From assembly GCF_021869535.1 (NCBI RefSeq), contig NW_026262581.1:125240001-125304000 (forward strand): DNA of 64,000 nt, in the 5' to 3' direction. Positions 1 through 12,692 of this stretch are shown here, piece by piece. This DNA comes from Mytilus californianus. Taxonomy: Eukaryota. The position numbers were made by a program, and so were the translations under genes. Below the pieces are notes generated by a model. That model had not been told where the DNA came from and did no database searches. It saw only the letters and a list, made by a program, of their open reading frames with translations. How positions within the stretch are numbered: position 1 is the stretch's first letter; every line of letters starts with the position of its first letter.

Positions 1-195
1 TAGATTTTGGATATTGGACCATAGTAGGTAATTAAATAAATGTCCAATTTCAAATATTTCAGTTCTTTGACCACATTCATTTTGTGTCACAAACCTATGC
101 TGTGTCAAATATTCAACCACAATCCAAATTCAGAGCAGTTTTAAGCTTAAATGAAGTGTCCATACTTGCTCAACTGTTCAGGGTTTGACCTCTGC
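1..195 (+). mobile_element. 3' part of a HINE-like element (same family as 5715-8594), truncated just before its 3' subterminal repeat
   Basis: Closely similar to 8383-8560 (cctatgctgtgtcaaatatt...cagggtttgacctctgc); similarity stops at about 195. Confidence 0.7.
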
Positions 196-2462
196 AGGAA
201 AATCCGGTTTGGTGTCACTCTGACAGCCTCTTGTTACAATTTTTTGTGTTTTTGCCTAATACATGTATATTGAAACTAAAATAGATAGATGGAAACTTTA
301 AAATTATCATTAAGACAAGATCTACAAATAAGTCAAATATTGCAAAAATAGTTACAAATAAGTTGATACTTCTGAAATTGTTGCCCTTTTCTGACAATAT
401 TTTTCCAATTTTTTTGCGTTTTTTTGTCTATTGTCTTGAATACTATAATAAATAGAAAAAACCTTTAAAAAAAGCAAAAATGATCAGAAATACAAATTCT
501 GCAAATCAGAATACATATATATGAATTTGTCAGTTGCCTTCTTATAAGAGTTATTGTCTATTTTTGGTGTGCAATAAAATTATTCTTAGGTAGATGAAGA
601 ATAATATAACTTTCAAAAGGGCTTTATATGAACATCAAGATAGTTTTTTTTTCTGTTTGACAGTCCTTGTATCACATCCGTACCGACATTAAGTCCAGAA
701 ATTATTGAAGCATGTTTTTAACATTTTTTATACACTCAAACTTCTCAATTCAATTTTATCGAAAAATTATATTAAATGCATGTGGTTTTTATTTCACATC
801 TATATTTAAATGTCAATGGTTTCAGAAAAGATGTCACTCAAATGGATTGAATTTCTACTTTTGACCATATTTTGGGGACATTTGTGACATTTTTATCACC
901 CTTTTTGCAATATTTTCAGGCGGAAACCCAGTTGAAATTAAACAAAAGAAATGGAACTCCTTGTTAGAGAAGGTAAAAAAGGACAAGTTGGTAAATTTGA
1001 ATTGTTTACATTTGTTTCTATGGGCTTTAAAAGTTTAATGAATGTGCCTAATTTAGGATTTTATGCGTCTTACGTATGTGTTTTTACTTAAATTATGGTA
1101 TGGAGTTTCGAGATATTTGTAAACTTTTAAATTATAGACAAATTTTCACAAAACAGTCGATTGTGGTAGGTGCAAATTCATGTGGATCTTTTTTGTGCAT
1201 AAGCAAAAATTCCGCCGAAAAAAATTCCAAAGAAAGATAATAGATTGATCTTTTTTAAAGCCTTAATTTGCATCTCTATCCCCGGCGACAGTTTTTTTGG
1301 AGAAAATCCCCATAATGGGCAATAAATTCATCGAAAAGAGAAAGTCGAGTACACCTTTTCATATTCCGGTGTGTTTGAGTTGACTATTCTGTCTTGCAAA
1401 CGTATAAAAGAAAAATAATTGATACATCATCTCGCTTCAGATTCTATTATTTTTTTATATATTTAGGCTCTAGGTTGATATAACATTAAAAATTTACAGT
1501 ACTAAAAAAATGAAATATATGGGATAAGTGAAATACCTTTCGAATGAGTCATAACAACAGAGTAGGTGTGTTCGAATAACAAATTTTTACTAAAAGTACT
1601 TGACGACAGACTTTTCAAGTGGATCTTAAAAATGCATAACTGTGTGTGTTATCTAGGGTAATTAGTCTTCAACCTCTGAAAATTTTTAGTCTGCCCTTCC
1701 ACGAATTATTTAATTAGAATTTTTTTAAATATTTTTGAACTTTCGAAAATTCCCCCTGACAACCGATCAGACAACAGTTTTAGGTTGACCAAATGCATAA
1801 AAGTACATTAAATGATGCTCAATAGCTAGAGTAGATACATTTGTCTTTTAAAATACAACTGGCATATTTCGTAATGATGCTATGTGGATAAATTTATCGG
1901 TTTTCAAGCGCTAAATTGACAGCGCGTCATCACTACAATGGCTTCCATTTTAATATTTATAAAAATTAGGTGGCTAATGGGGAGATGATTTTGACAAAGT
2001 AGAATCCAGACTGTTTTGTATCAAATAAATGCAAATTGTTTCCTTGGTAACACCTAAAAGAGATTCTATTTTACCTTTGTAGATCAAATCTATGGAAGTT
2101 GCTGTTTCCATACATATGCACATACATGACACAACAGTAAGCCTTATTTGTTAGGAGGCAAGGCAGGACTTTGAATCTACAACCCTGAAAATTAAGATCT
2201 ACAACGCTGGACTTTGCATCTACTTCGCCGAACTTTATACGTACTGTGCTTGACTTTCGATCTTCAGCGCTAGACTTTAAAAACACAACTCTTTAGTATC
2301 TGTTTTAGACCAACAAGACTCCATATAAAACTAATGTCAAAACCAGAAACAAGTTATAATGACAACCACTATACAGAAAGTTCATGAATGTTGACGGTTG
2401 CATCCGATTGATACATAGCTAGTTGAAAATTTTATTCGACAGTAAGTCAACATTGTTTATAT

Positions 2463-2855
2463 AATAACTAATCGAAGAATTCAAATAGAGAAAAATATTC
2501 AACGAGTGACCGAACAACACATTAATTCACGAATGCGCGTAGCGCATGAGTTAATTATCAGTGTTGTTCTGTCACGAGTTGAATATTTTTCGATATTTGA
2601 ATTCTTTGATTAGTTATTCTTTTTATTACATTGGCAAATGGCTTTTTTTAATGAAATTAATGTAGAAAATGTAAGGAACTATATCTTTTTTCTACGCATT
2701 CACAATTTGTTTTGATCCGACGTTATCGACGTCTTGACAACGCCTATTGTTGTATGACGTCAGAGAGTGAAATAACCACGTTTATTTCACATGTGAAATT
2801 ATCGGTTTTTATTTGACTGGGAAATCAATGTAATTCATTGCTACCAATGTAATAA
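2463..2855. mobile_element. Fold-back MITE-like element
   Basis: Imperfect inverted repeat with about 75-bp arms (2463-2618), followed by a segment bounded by a perfect 12-bp IR ttattacattgg/ccaatgtaataa (2623-2634, 2844-2855). Confidence 0.55.
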
Positions 2856-3329
2856 TCCAGAATATCACAACCGATACCAGACAATCTTAACCTGACATAC
2901 TTTATATTATATTCAGCTTAATAAAATTAAATTCATAAGAAATTAAAAAAATACTGTTATTATACGTTTATACTGATTAAGAAGAACACTTATATACTGA
3001 ACTCCCTGAGCTGGCCGCACTTACCTGCGGGAGAAAAGTCATTCAGATGTCATTTTAAATAACATTGGTCCGAGTAATGAACAAGACAAGCTCTCATTTA
3101 GTTATCTATGGAATTAAAATTTCCTGTTTAACAAAATATATACAGATTGACAATAAATTGATGAAAGTCGACCTACCCTATCTATATTTTTGATATTTTG
3201 TACCAGAAAATCTCAACAGGAAGTGCCAGTAAACTTTTTTCTCGATTAAACATTTGGTTGAGATTTGATGGTTTACCAGGGATGATATTTGTTTTTCTCG
3301 ATTTAATGTCATTTCGGAGCCTTTTATAT

Positions 3330-3455
3330 GGTGGTACGGGTTTTGCTCATTGTTGAAGGCTGTATGTTGTCCTATAGTTGTTAACTTCTTTGTCATTAGG
3401 TCTCTGGTGGAGAGTTATCTCTTTGGCAATCATGCCACATCTTCTTATTTTTATA
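3330..3455 (-). repeat. Copy of a short dispersed repeat (gatgtggtatgattgccaatgagacaact... family)
   Basis: The same sequence recurs at about 5522-5715 (+), 11493-11580 (+), 43112-43176 (-) and 59080-59185 (+). Confidence 0.75.
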
Positions 3456-4170
3456 TTTATGTCTTTAAAAAAAAACCAGAGACATTTATACCTCTGGAGG
3501 AAACCACTGAAAATAAATTTAGAAATAGATACTGCACCGAAAAGCCTCCAGAGGCACAAGGTCTCCACTGGAACAATATTTTGAACTTGTTATGTATCCA
3601 GCTATTTTTTTTAAATGATAAAGACATATCAGATTAATTTACATAATAAACTCCTAGTTTATCAAATAAATAAATCATCAAGTAAACTGAGCTATAAATA
3701 TTTTACAAGTTAAATGTGTTTATAGTAAAATTTTAATTTTCTTTTATAAATTAATCAAATTTCTGCAAAATCAGTGGAAAATTTAATTGTTTTTAATTGG
3801 TATATTTCAAAGGGAGTTAAAATGATCATATCCTACTTTCTGAAAATCTGAATTATTGATTTTCAAGAAAGATTGTGTTTTAAATTTAGAACTATTGTAT
3901 TTAAATAGACCAAAAGTTTAAGACTATTGACTATCACAACTTCAATTATATATCATTGATATATAATAGTCCCTCATAAAACAACTTGTCAAAATCAACA
4001 CAGTTAAAAAAAATTTTAACTTGTATGTAGATGTCCATTATTCTCCAAATTCTTTTGCAACTAGATAGCCTGTATTGATTACCTGGTATTTCCCCAATAA
4101 AATGAATAACTGTATTCATTCAGGTCATTTATCTTCCTTTACAAGATTTTTTATCATAAATTTATTACAT

Positions 4171-5111
4171 TTTTATTCCCCTACCGACGAAGTCAAAGGG
4201 GACTTTAGGTTTGCACTCCGTCCGTCTGTCCATCCGGCAAATCAGCTTTCCACACTTTTTTTCTTCGTTCTTGAAGATATTGATTTGATATTTGGTATAT
4301 AGTTTTGCCATGACAAGTTATAGATCAAGTTCGAATTTTGTTCCAGTCTGATGATTTAGTCCAGAGTTATGGACCATAACTCTGGACCATATCTAATGTT
4401 AGAGTACTATGTTAAACCATATTTCTGTACAAAGGGAGATAACTCATTTTTTAAAAGACATTCTTTGGTAAATTATTTGAAGATTTTTTTGGCAGATTTG
4501 TTTGTTATTTTGTATAAACGAATTTTCTGAATGCTGTATATATCAAAAAAAATTATAAAGAGAAATCCTTTAATTAGATAATAATCTATTTTTATTAATG
4601 TATATATTTCAATACATTACATTGTGTAGATACAAGTTGTTGACATTTTATAGATAAGTTACAAACCTATATTAGTTTGTGACAAATGAAAGAAAAAAAT
4701 ATTTGGAACTATTAATTATATCTCATTATAATTTGAAATAGATATACACTGTATTACATCATATCTAATTCTAGAGAACTATTAATCATATCTAATGTTT
4801 TTTTCATCATGCTTATAAGATATTGATTGATAATTGGTATATAGTTTTATCATGACAAGTTACAGATCAAGTTCAAATTTTTGTTTCCGTTTAATAATTT
4901 TGTGCAGAGTTATGGTCCTTGGACTTGAAAAATTCACTCATATAATCAGTTTTCAACACTGTTTTTAGTCATGCTTGAAGATATTGACATGATATTTACT
5001 TTTTGTTTACACCATGACAAGTTATAGAACAAGTTAGCATTTTGTTCCAGTATAATGAATTTTTACCCGTTAGGGGACTATTGCCATGCAATACTTTAAG
5101 AATGCTTGTTT
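4171..5111 (+). mobile_element. Non-autonomous Helentron/DINE-like (HINE) element, interrupted at about 4388-4799
   Basis: 5' ttcccctaccgacgaagtcaaaggggact (subTIR+IR), tccg/tctg microsatellite, internal tandem units, 3' taggggact + attgccatgcaat hairpin. Same family as 22897-23302 and 23408-24162. Confidence 0.7.
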
Positions 5112-5770
5112 TTATGTCTGTTGTCTTATCAAGGGTATACAGCTGTGTGTTTAGTGTGTTTAGCCATCCATTGAAAATTCACACTTGTAAGTCAAATGAA
5201 ATGGTGGAAGGAGAATTTTCACATGTTGTATTATAACTCCATAACCCAATGGCATAAACTTTGTCTTTGATATATCAACCAATAAAGATGAACTCTTTTC
5301 CATATAATAATAAGAGACTCATGTCACAAAATACAAGGCATAGTGATGCTTATCTGGTTGCAGCAATATCCAGTGTATAATATATTTCAGAAGGAATAAG
5401 GGTGTGAGAATCCATATCTTCTACACACTGACTTATGGTATGAAGTTTCCATCTGGAAAATTTCTGTTGGCCTTAATCTCATTTTCATGGTATTTAGAAA
5501 AGAAAAATACTGTTCAATATAAAAATAAGGAGATGTGGTATGATTACCAATGAGACAACTATCCACCAGAGTTAAAATGAAGTGAAGTGGTAAATAAGCA
5601 ATTATAGGCCACCTCGCGGCCTTGAACAATGAGAAAAACACATACCATATAGTCAGCTATAAAAAGACAGGATATGAAAAATGTGAAACAATTCATACGA
5701 GAAAACTAACGGCCTTTTTATACGACCGCAAAAATTAAAAATTTTTTGGTCGTATATTGGTATGACGTTG

Positions 5771-5771
<1 letters not shown>

Positions 5772-5813
<42 letters not shown>
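5772..5813 (+). repeat. (CGT)14 microsatellite
   Basis: Counted directly. It produces the poly-D and poly-V ORF artefacts in the ORF track. Confidence 0.95.
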
Positions 5814-5814
<1 letters not shown>

Positions 5815-5829
5815 CGGCGTCGTCCGAAG

Positions 5830-6430
5830 ACACATTGGTTTTCGCACTCTAACTTTAGTTTAAGTGAATGGATCTCCATGAAATTTCACCATAAGGTTCA
5901 ATACCACAAAAGGAAGGTTGGGATTGATTTTGGGGGTTATGGTACCAACAGTTAAGGAATTAGGGGCCAAAAAGGGGCCAAAAATAAGCATTTTTGTAAC
6001 TTTCAGACAATAACTTGTGTGTAAGTGTATGGATCTCTCTGACATTGTACCACAAGGTTCCATATCACAAAGGGAAGGCTGTAATTGATTTTGGGGGTAA
6101 TTGCCTCAAAATTTTAGGAATTAGGGGCCAAAAAAGGGGCAAAAAACAAGCATTTTTCTAGTTTCATGACAATAACTTGTGTGTAAGTGTTTGGATATTT
6201 CTGAAATTGTACTACAAGGTTCCATATCACAAAGGGAAAGCTGGAATTGAGTTTGGGGGTAATTGCCCGAAACGTTTAGGAATTGGGGGCCAAAAAGGGG
6301 CCAAAAATAAGCATTTTTCTAGTTTCCAGACAATAACTTGTGTTCAAGTGTATGGATCTCTCTGAAATTGTACTGCAAGGTACCATACCACAAAGGGAAG
6401 GCTGGGATTGAGTTTGGGGGTGATGAATCA
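5830..6430 (+). repeat. About 161-bp tandem array, about 3.7 copies
   Basis: Motif ata(c/t)cacaaa(a/g)gg at about 5901, 6062, 6224 and 6385. Confidence 0.85.
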
Positions 6431-6613
6431 TAAGGGGGTTCAAAAAATTTGGGGGGGGGGATTTTTTTTTTTTTTTTTTTCTTTTTTTCCTTTTTTTTAC
6501 TTTTAAAATTTTCCATTTTAAGTTGGTTATTTCTGATTTATATTTAAAAGCAAATAATAATGATATGGTAGGAGATACACACCAAACAGGATGTGTAAAT
6601 TATTATATAATAA

Positions 6614-6834
6614 GTATTGTGCAATAGCAAGAAATTTTCAATTGCACAGTATTGCACAATAGCAAGAAATCTTCAATTGCACAGTATTGCGCAATAGCAA
6701 GAAATCTTCAATTTAACAGTATTGCGCAATAGCAAGAAATATCCAATAGCACAATATTGCGCAATAGCAAGAACTTGTCAATTGTACAGTATTGCGCAAT
6801 AGCAAGAAATATTCAATTGCACAGTATTGTGCAA
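6614..6834 (+). repeat. 35-bp minisatellite, about 6.3 copies (gtattgcgcaatagcaagaaat.ttcaattgcaca)
   Basis: Units start at 6614 + 35n and are contiguous, with no spacers. Confidence 0.9.
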
Positions 6835-6879
6835 AAGAAGATACTTCGTATAAATTGCTTATTTCTTGATCAATTTCAA

Positions 6880-8400
6880 TGGGGTTTTATTCTTGAATTC
6901 TTGGGGTTCTTTAATATGCTGAATCTAACCGTGTATTAAGTTTTTAGATTTTGGGCCCCGTTTTTAAATTGGTCCACATTGAGGTCCAAAGGGTCCAAAA
7001 TTAAACTTTGTTTGATTTCATCAAAAATTGAATTATTGGGGTTCTTTGATATGCCAAATCTAACCGTGTATTTAGATTTTTAATTTTGGGTCCTGTTTTT
7101 TAAATTTGTCTACATTAAGGTCCAAAGGGTCCAAAATTAAACTTAGTTTGATTTTAACAAAAATTGAATTCTTAGGGTTCTTTGATATGCTGAATCTAAA
7201 CATGTGTTTAGATTTTTGATTATGGGACCAGTTTTCAAGTTGGTCCAAGTTGGGGTCCAAAATTAAACTTTGTTTGATTTCAACAAAAATTGAATATATG
7301 GGGTTCTTTGATATGCTGAATCTAAACATGTATTTAGATTTTAGATTTTTGGCCCAGTTTTCAAGTTGGTCCAAATTGGGGTCCAAAATTAAACTTTGTT
7401 TGATTTCAACAAAAATTGAATATATGGGGTTCTTTGATATGCTGAATCTTACCAAGTATTTAGATTTTTTATTTGTGGGCCCGCTATCAAATTGGTTCAT
7501 ATTGAGGTCAAAAGGGTCCAAAATTAAACTTTGTTTGATATCATCAAAAATTGAATTATTGGGGTTCTTTGATATGCCAAATCTAACCGTGTATTTAGAT
7601 TTTTAATTTTGGGTCCTGTTTTTCAAATTGGTCTACATTAAGGTCCAAAGGGTCCAAAATTAAACTTAGTTTGATTTTAACAAAAATTGAATTTTTGGGG
7701 TTCTTTGATATGCTGAATCTAAACATGTGTTTAGATTTTTGATTATGGGACCAGTTTTCAAGTTGGTCCAAGTTGGGGTCCAAAATTAAACTTTGTTTGA
7801 TTTCAACAAAAATTGAATATATGGGGTTCTTTGATATGCTGAATCTAAACATGTATTTAGATTTTAGATTTTTGGCCCAGTTTTCAAGATGGTCCAAATT
7901 GGGGTCCAAAATTAAACTTTGTTTGATTTCAACAAAAATTGAATATATGGGGTTCTTTGATATGCTGAATCTTACCATGTATTTAGACTTTTTATTTGTG
8001 GGCCCGCTATCAAATTGGTTCATATTGAGGTCAAAAGGGTCCAAAATTAAACTTTGTTTGATTTCATCAAAAATTGAATTATTGGGGTTCTTTGATATGC
8101 CAAATCTAACTGTGTTTTTAGATTTTTAATTTAGGGTCCCGTTTTTTAAATTTGTCTACATTAAGGTCCAAAGGGTCCAAAATTAAACTTAGTTTGATTT
8201 TAACAAAAATTGAATTCTTTTGGTACTTTGATATGCTGAATCTAAACATGTGTTTAGATTTTTGATTATGGGACCAGTTTTCAAGTTTGTCCAAGTTGGG
8301 GTCCAAAATTAAACTTTGTTTGATTTCAACAAAAATTGAATATATGAGGTTCTTTGATATGCTGATTCTAACCATGTATTTTGATTTTGGACATTGGACC
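6880..8400 (+). repeat. Satellite of 126-136-bp monomers organised as a 523-bp four-monomer higher-order repeat
   Basis: gggtccaaaattaaac at 6991, 7127, 7253, 7379, 7514, 7650, 7776, 7902, 8037, 8173, 8299. Spacings cycle 136-126-126-135. Confidence 0.9.
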
Positions 8401-9169
8401 ATAATAGGTAAATTAAAAAAATTGAAGTTCTTAGACCACATTCTTTCTGTGTCAGAAACCTATGCTGTGTCAAATATTTAATCACAATCCAAATTCAGAG
8501 CTGTATCAAGCTTGAATGTTGTGTCCATACTTGCCCCAACTGTTCAGGGTTCGACCTCTGCGGTCGTATCAAGCTGCGCCCAGCGAAGCATTTTATTAAG
8601 TTTGTGATGACATTACAATATATGTAATTGTTACTATGTGACCTTGACCTAATATCCTGGTTCATTCATTGATCATCATTAAGGTTTCCATAAAGTTTCT
8701 CCATTATTTAAAATAAATATAAATATTATAACTATCATTTTAGAATGATACTAAATTATACATGATAATATTTGGAGCAAGGCTTATGTTCACTTGTGCT
8801 TGCAGATATTGCTGTGATAATTTAATTGCACAATGAGGATACAGATAATGCATACTTTATTGGGATTAACTTTATTTGGACTGAATTTCTGTCCTTAATT
8901 TTTTCTCAACAAATTTAGTGAAATTTATGTGGACCAAAATAATTTCAATTAGAAAAGTCGTGTTAGCTGGGTTTTATGTTGTACGATTGCAGTTATTAAC
9001 CAACTTGCATAATGATGAGTTGCATGTAATTAGTAATCAGTTTAAAATGGAGTTTATGATTTATTCTGGTTGATATACTTGAAATAAAATGACAGGATTT
9101 GGACCTTTCTTTTCTGTTATGCTTTTAGACAATAATTGTGTCTTACACATATCTATTTTTAGACCATTG

Positions 9170-10107
9170 GAATGTTCTTCTTATTTTACAATGTGTACAT
9201 ATATCCAAGTAAGGCTGCAATGACATTATATATAGTCTTAGCACCACTTTTCTGCACAAATTTTTGTCTGTTTTAGTAACTTTGACATTGGCCTTACAAA
9301 TAGTGACATCACATTGGATGCCTTGGGCTGTTTTCTGCTCTTTGGTCGGGTTGTTGTCTCTTTGACGCATTCCCTGTTTCCATTTTCATTTTACATGAAA
9401 ATTCATTGAGATCTTCTTTATTATGTGACCATGTTTCGAAGAAAGGTTGCAAATCCATATGTAGTATATGATTAAGCATCAGAAAACCCCTTTTCAGCAC
9501 AAATTGCAGTCTATCATAAGTAACAATGACTCGTGACTTGCACATATTGACCTTAAAAGCAAGAGGGATTGAATTGTTCTCATTATATCCTCGTCTCATG
9601 GGTTTTCGTGCTATTAAGAATGCATTGTGACGTCACAATTTCAATTGAAAAAGCATGCATAGTACGAATTGATATGACGTACAAAAACATATGATATGAC
9701 TATATATGACCATATATCCAAGTAAGTTAACAATCCCAATGTAGTATTTGATGAAGCATCAGGAAACATCTTTTCTGCACAAGTGTTGGTTTATTTTTAG
9801 TAATAATTACCGTCTTTTGAGGTATTGATAACAAAGTAAGGTTGCTATCTTAGATTTAGTTTTTGATTTAGCATCTGGAAACCACTTTTCTGTACAAATT
9901 TCAGTGTTTTTATATTAACTATGACCATGACTTTTACCTGGTAACCTAAAAATCAATACAGACCTTCCTCTCATTATATGTGACTTTATATTAAAGTATC
10001 AGAGCATCAAGATATGAAAATTACTGACAGAAAAACAGACAGGTAAAAAAACAATATACACCCCCCGATCCCCCCTCCCCCTCCTACTTTATAGGATGGG
10101 TATAAAT
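9170..10107 (-). mobile_element. Degenerate HINE-like element with internal tandem units (family also at about 32700-33720)
   Basis: Repeated cacttttctg(c/t)acaaattt...atgacc motifs at about 9245, 9495, 9770 and 9885; head-like tttatacccatcc...gggtgtata on the minus strand at about 10050-10107. Confidence 0.45.
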
Positions 10108-10676
10108 ATCTTGGCACTAGAAGGACAATGCATAAAAACTGTTATACTCTACATTGGTGAAAAGGCTTCCATTCTTACTTATGTTCAGTTAAACTTACAT
10201 ATTTGTATTGGTAAATCAATAAACTTGACATCAGTATTATTGTCTGAACATTTTTACCTTTTTCATAAATAAAGAAAACTTTTTATAATTATGAAACCAG
10301 CCATCTTATTATCAAGCAGTATGGCATTTCAATTGAACCCAATCTTTTAAAAACACATTGAGGTATCGGACTTCAATTTTAAACAATTTTGAAAATTGTT
10401 TTGAGTGTAAATGAAACAAGGACAAAGGATTTGGTCAAAGCAAATGGTTCACCCTTTTTTTATCAACTCCATTTTTGTTCAAATGTAAAAATAAACTGGT
10501 TGCTTGTGGCAAACCTCTATCACAAAATAAATTGAACACATTAATATAAGAATGTTATTTTACTATTTCATAACAGACATTTATCAAAATGACAAGTTTC
10601 ACACTATTTAGGTTTCAAAACATATAAAATAATAGTGATAACTATAACAATATTGCTGCATAGTTCTTAGTGTTCA

Positions 10677-10719
10677 TCATTTCATAAATCTGTATCCATA
10701 CCTACACACCATTAACACA
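10677..10719 (-). CDS. TMEM14C: TMEM14-family terminal coding exon (SVLMVCRYGYRFMK*)
   Basis: Acceptor tttatttatttcag, phase 2, TGA at 10679-10677. Completes the last hydrophobic helix (SLLMV-like). Confidence 0.85.
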
Positions 10720-11102
10720 CTGAAATAAATAAAAATATTCATTTTATGATGCATTAACTAAGGATATATCAACAAGAGTTATCTTTTTAGTTGACCATAT
10801 ATTATATAAATGCAATATAAAAAATAATGATATGTGGTATGGTTGCTAATGATACAGATAACTTGTGGGTAAGTAATTTTTATATAATATTTGATTATTT
10901 GTATATAATAACAAATCAAAACATGAGCTATGGTGTGCTTTTTAACAGAATATCATTATAAACTCACTAACAAAAGAAATAAAGCTATTATTGAAATCCA
11001 TATTGATCAGAAATTTGGTTGACTTGCTTGCAAACTTTGTTAGCATTGTATTTAAAATTGACATCTGCAGACAATTGATTGATGGAGTTTCACTCATACC
11101 AC

Positions 11103-12214
11103 CAGGCCTCTACAATAACTTTTTTTCCAACTTGTCCAGTAGGACAAGTACATACCAAAACTTACTTGTCCGAATGAAATTGTAACTTGTCCAACAAAAA
11201 TCTTAATAATAATCTTTTTTGCATTTTAAGTTGATTCAAGGAACAAAATGAATTAAAACAATAGAACAGAATTTGATTTATATCTTTTGAAATACCTTTT
11301 AAAAATATGAGTCGAGAACAACTGAATCTAGTCATGTCATAGGACTTATGTTCTAGTTTTCATCAATGCCAAAGTCTCATCAGACTCTACACATGAGGCA
11401 CCGTCTGATAGGCCTGTCAATTTCCACTCATTGGATTTGTATCCTGGTTTTTTAAGTTGAAAAAAGTTTCTTCAAATTCAATCAATAAAAAAAAAGAAGA
11501 TGAGGTATGATTGCCAATGAGACAACTCTCTGCAAGAGACCAAATGACAAAGAAATTAATAACTATAGGTCACCGTATTGCAAGTATTGTTTTTTTCTTC
11601 TATATATGATCAAATATGATTTGGGAATTTTATGGTAAATAATTTCTTCATTTTTATTTAAAAAATATTTTTGTTAAAAAAAATACGGTATGGTATTTAT
11701 TATAAAGCAACAGAATAAGGTAGGAAAACGAGGTACTGATTTGTCTTGGTCCCGAAATGTCTCCTGCGTTGCCAAACTGTCTATTAATCATGTCTATTAA
11801 ATATGTCTCCTACGGTGCCAAATTGTCTATTAAACTTGGAGCCGAATCGTTTCCGAGCTGGTGACGAACTGTCTTGTAAAGTTACCTTATCTACAAAGCG
11901 CATCGCTGATTCGGATCAGTAAGACTGGTTTCCGAGAATAGTACATGTATGCCTTTTACCTGTTAAAAAGTACCTGACAAAGAACCAGTTTTAAATTATC
12001 GATTGCAAGTAAACATGTCAAATTAATACTTGTGTTTTATCTTCTTTTTTTGTTTTTTGTTTATAATTACTTTGTTCATCAAAGTTGGATTAAATTTATT
12101 TTCTGCATAATAATTTAACTTGTCCCGTCGGACAAGCTTGATATAGCTTTTACTTGTCCGACCTTTTTTTCCTCTGGTACCGGACAATCGGACAAGCGTT
12201 ATTGTCGAGCCCTG
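11103..12214. mobile_element. Non-autonomous TIR element (hAT-like) with 5-bp TSD, in TMEM14 intron 3
   Basis: TIRs caggcctctacaataac / gttattgtcgagccctg (15/17 match). ACCAC direct repeat at 11098-11102 and 12215-12219. Subterminal cttgtcc-N4-ggacaag palindromes at both ends. Confidence 0.75.
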
Positions 12215-12604
12215 ACCACATCTTCTTATATCTATTTCAGTCTGTTTACAATAAAGATTTGATAACGACACCATTATATTTGTCACTGGACCATTTTACA
12301 TATTAATTAATAGAATGCTTTGAACATTTAGGTAAGTTCAGTATTGTTAAAACCTTTCTAATATGTCATTAACACAGAAATATAAACATTTGAAGTTTTC
12401 TTCAGGCTAGTTTCATTTGTTTATCAATGCTGCCTTGTTTAGTTCATACTTCTTATTTGCCACTTTTGCTCTGGAAAGTGAATTGGTCATACTTTTCCCT
12501 TAATAGATACGATTGTACATATTGACTTTTATCAAAAAATAGAGTCCACCTATTTATAAATCTATATATAAATATACCTTTCTATCTTTAAAACAATAGC
12601 TTAC

Positions 12605-12692
12605 CTTAAGCCAGCTACTAATCCTGCTGGCATAAATTTCCCCGAGTTCATAAATCTATATCCCATTACCCCTGTCAGTAAGGCACTGGTGA
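12605..12692 (-). CDS. TMEM14C: TMEM14-family coding exon 3 (VTSALLTGVMGYRFMNSGKFMPAGLVAGL)
   Basis: Below the ORF-track cutoff; read directly. Acceptor tttgtag, donor AG|GTAAGC, 88 nt, phase 1-2. Contains the signature MG.RF..SGKFMPAG. Confidence 0.92.

Larger units (their letters stand above)
5715..8594 (+). mobile_element. Large composite HINE-like element with (CGT)14 and three different internal tandem arrays
   Basis: subTIR atacgaccgca (5720-5730) pairs perfectly with tgcggtcgtat (8559-8569). 5' IR ggtcgtata (5748-5756). T-rich insertion context. Confidence 0.75.

Noticed and set aside
919-990. Exon-like segment (ttttcag|...GNPVEIKQKKWNSLLEK...|gt)
   Set aside because: Short, unrecognised, with no partner exons I could link. 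Chance splice signals are common.
2071-2286. 71-aa minus-strand ORF ending near a donor-like AG|GTAAAA
   Set aside because: No recognisable homology and a non-ATG start. It could be a 5' exon of a gene outside the window, but this cannot be supported.
3479-3565. Hairpin (cctctggagg/cctccagagg core) as a possible pre-miRNA
   Set aside because: Only 10 bp pair perfectly and the loop is about 44 nt; more likely a MITE remnant.
5653-6516. Poly-Asp, poly-Val and poly-Lys ORFs
   Set aside because: Artefacts of the (CGT)14 microsatellite and poly-T tracts inside a mobile element.
6614-6834. 35-bp repeats as a possible CRISPR array
   Set aside because: Units are contiguous with no unique spacers, the context is eukaryotic, and there are no cas genes.
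7072-8481. Repeated 107-149-aa ORFs on both strands
   Set aside because: They are translations of the 523-bp satellite unit, with no recognisable domain.
12413-12470. Possible alternative last exon of TMEM14 (RAKVANKKYELNKAALINK*) after a ctttccag acceptor
   Set aside because: It is in frame but does not complete the last TM helix. The 10677-10719 exon fits the family far better, and there is no independent support.
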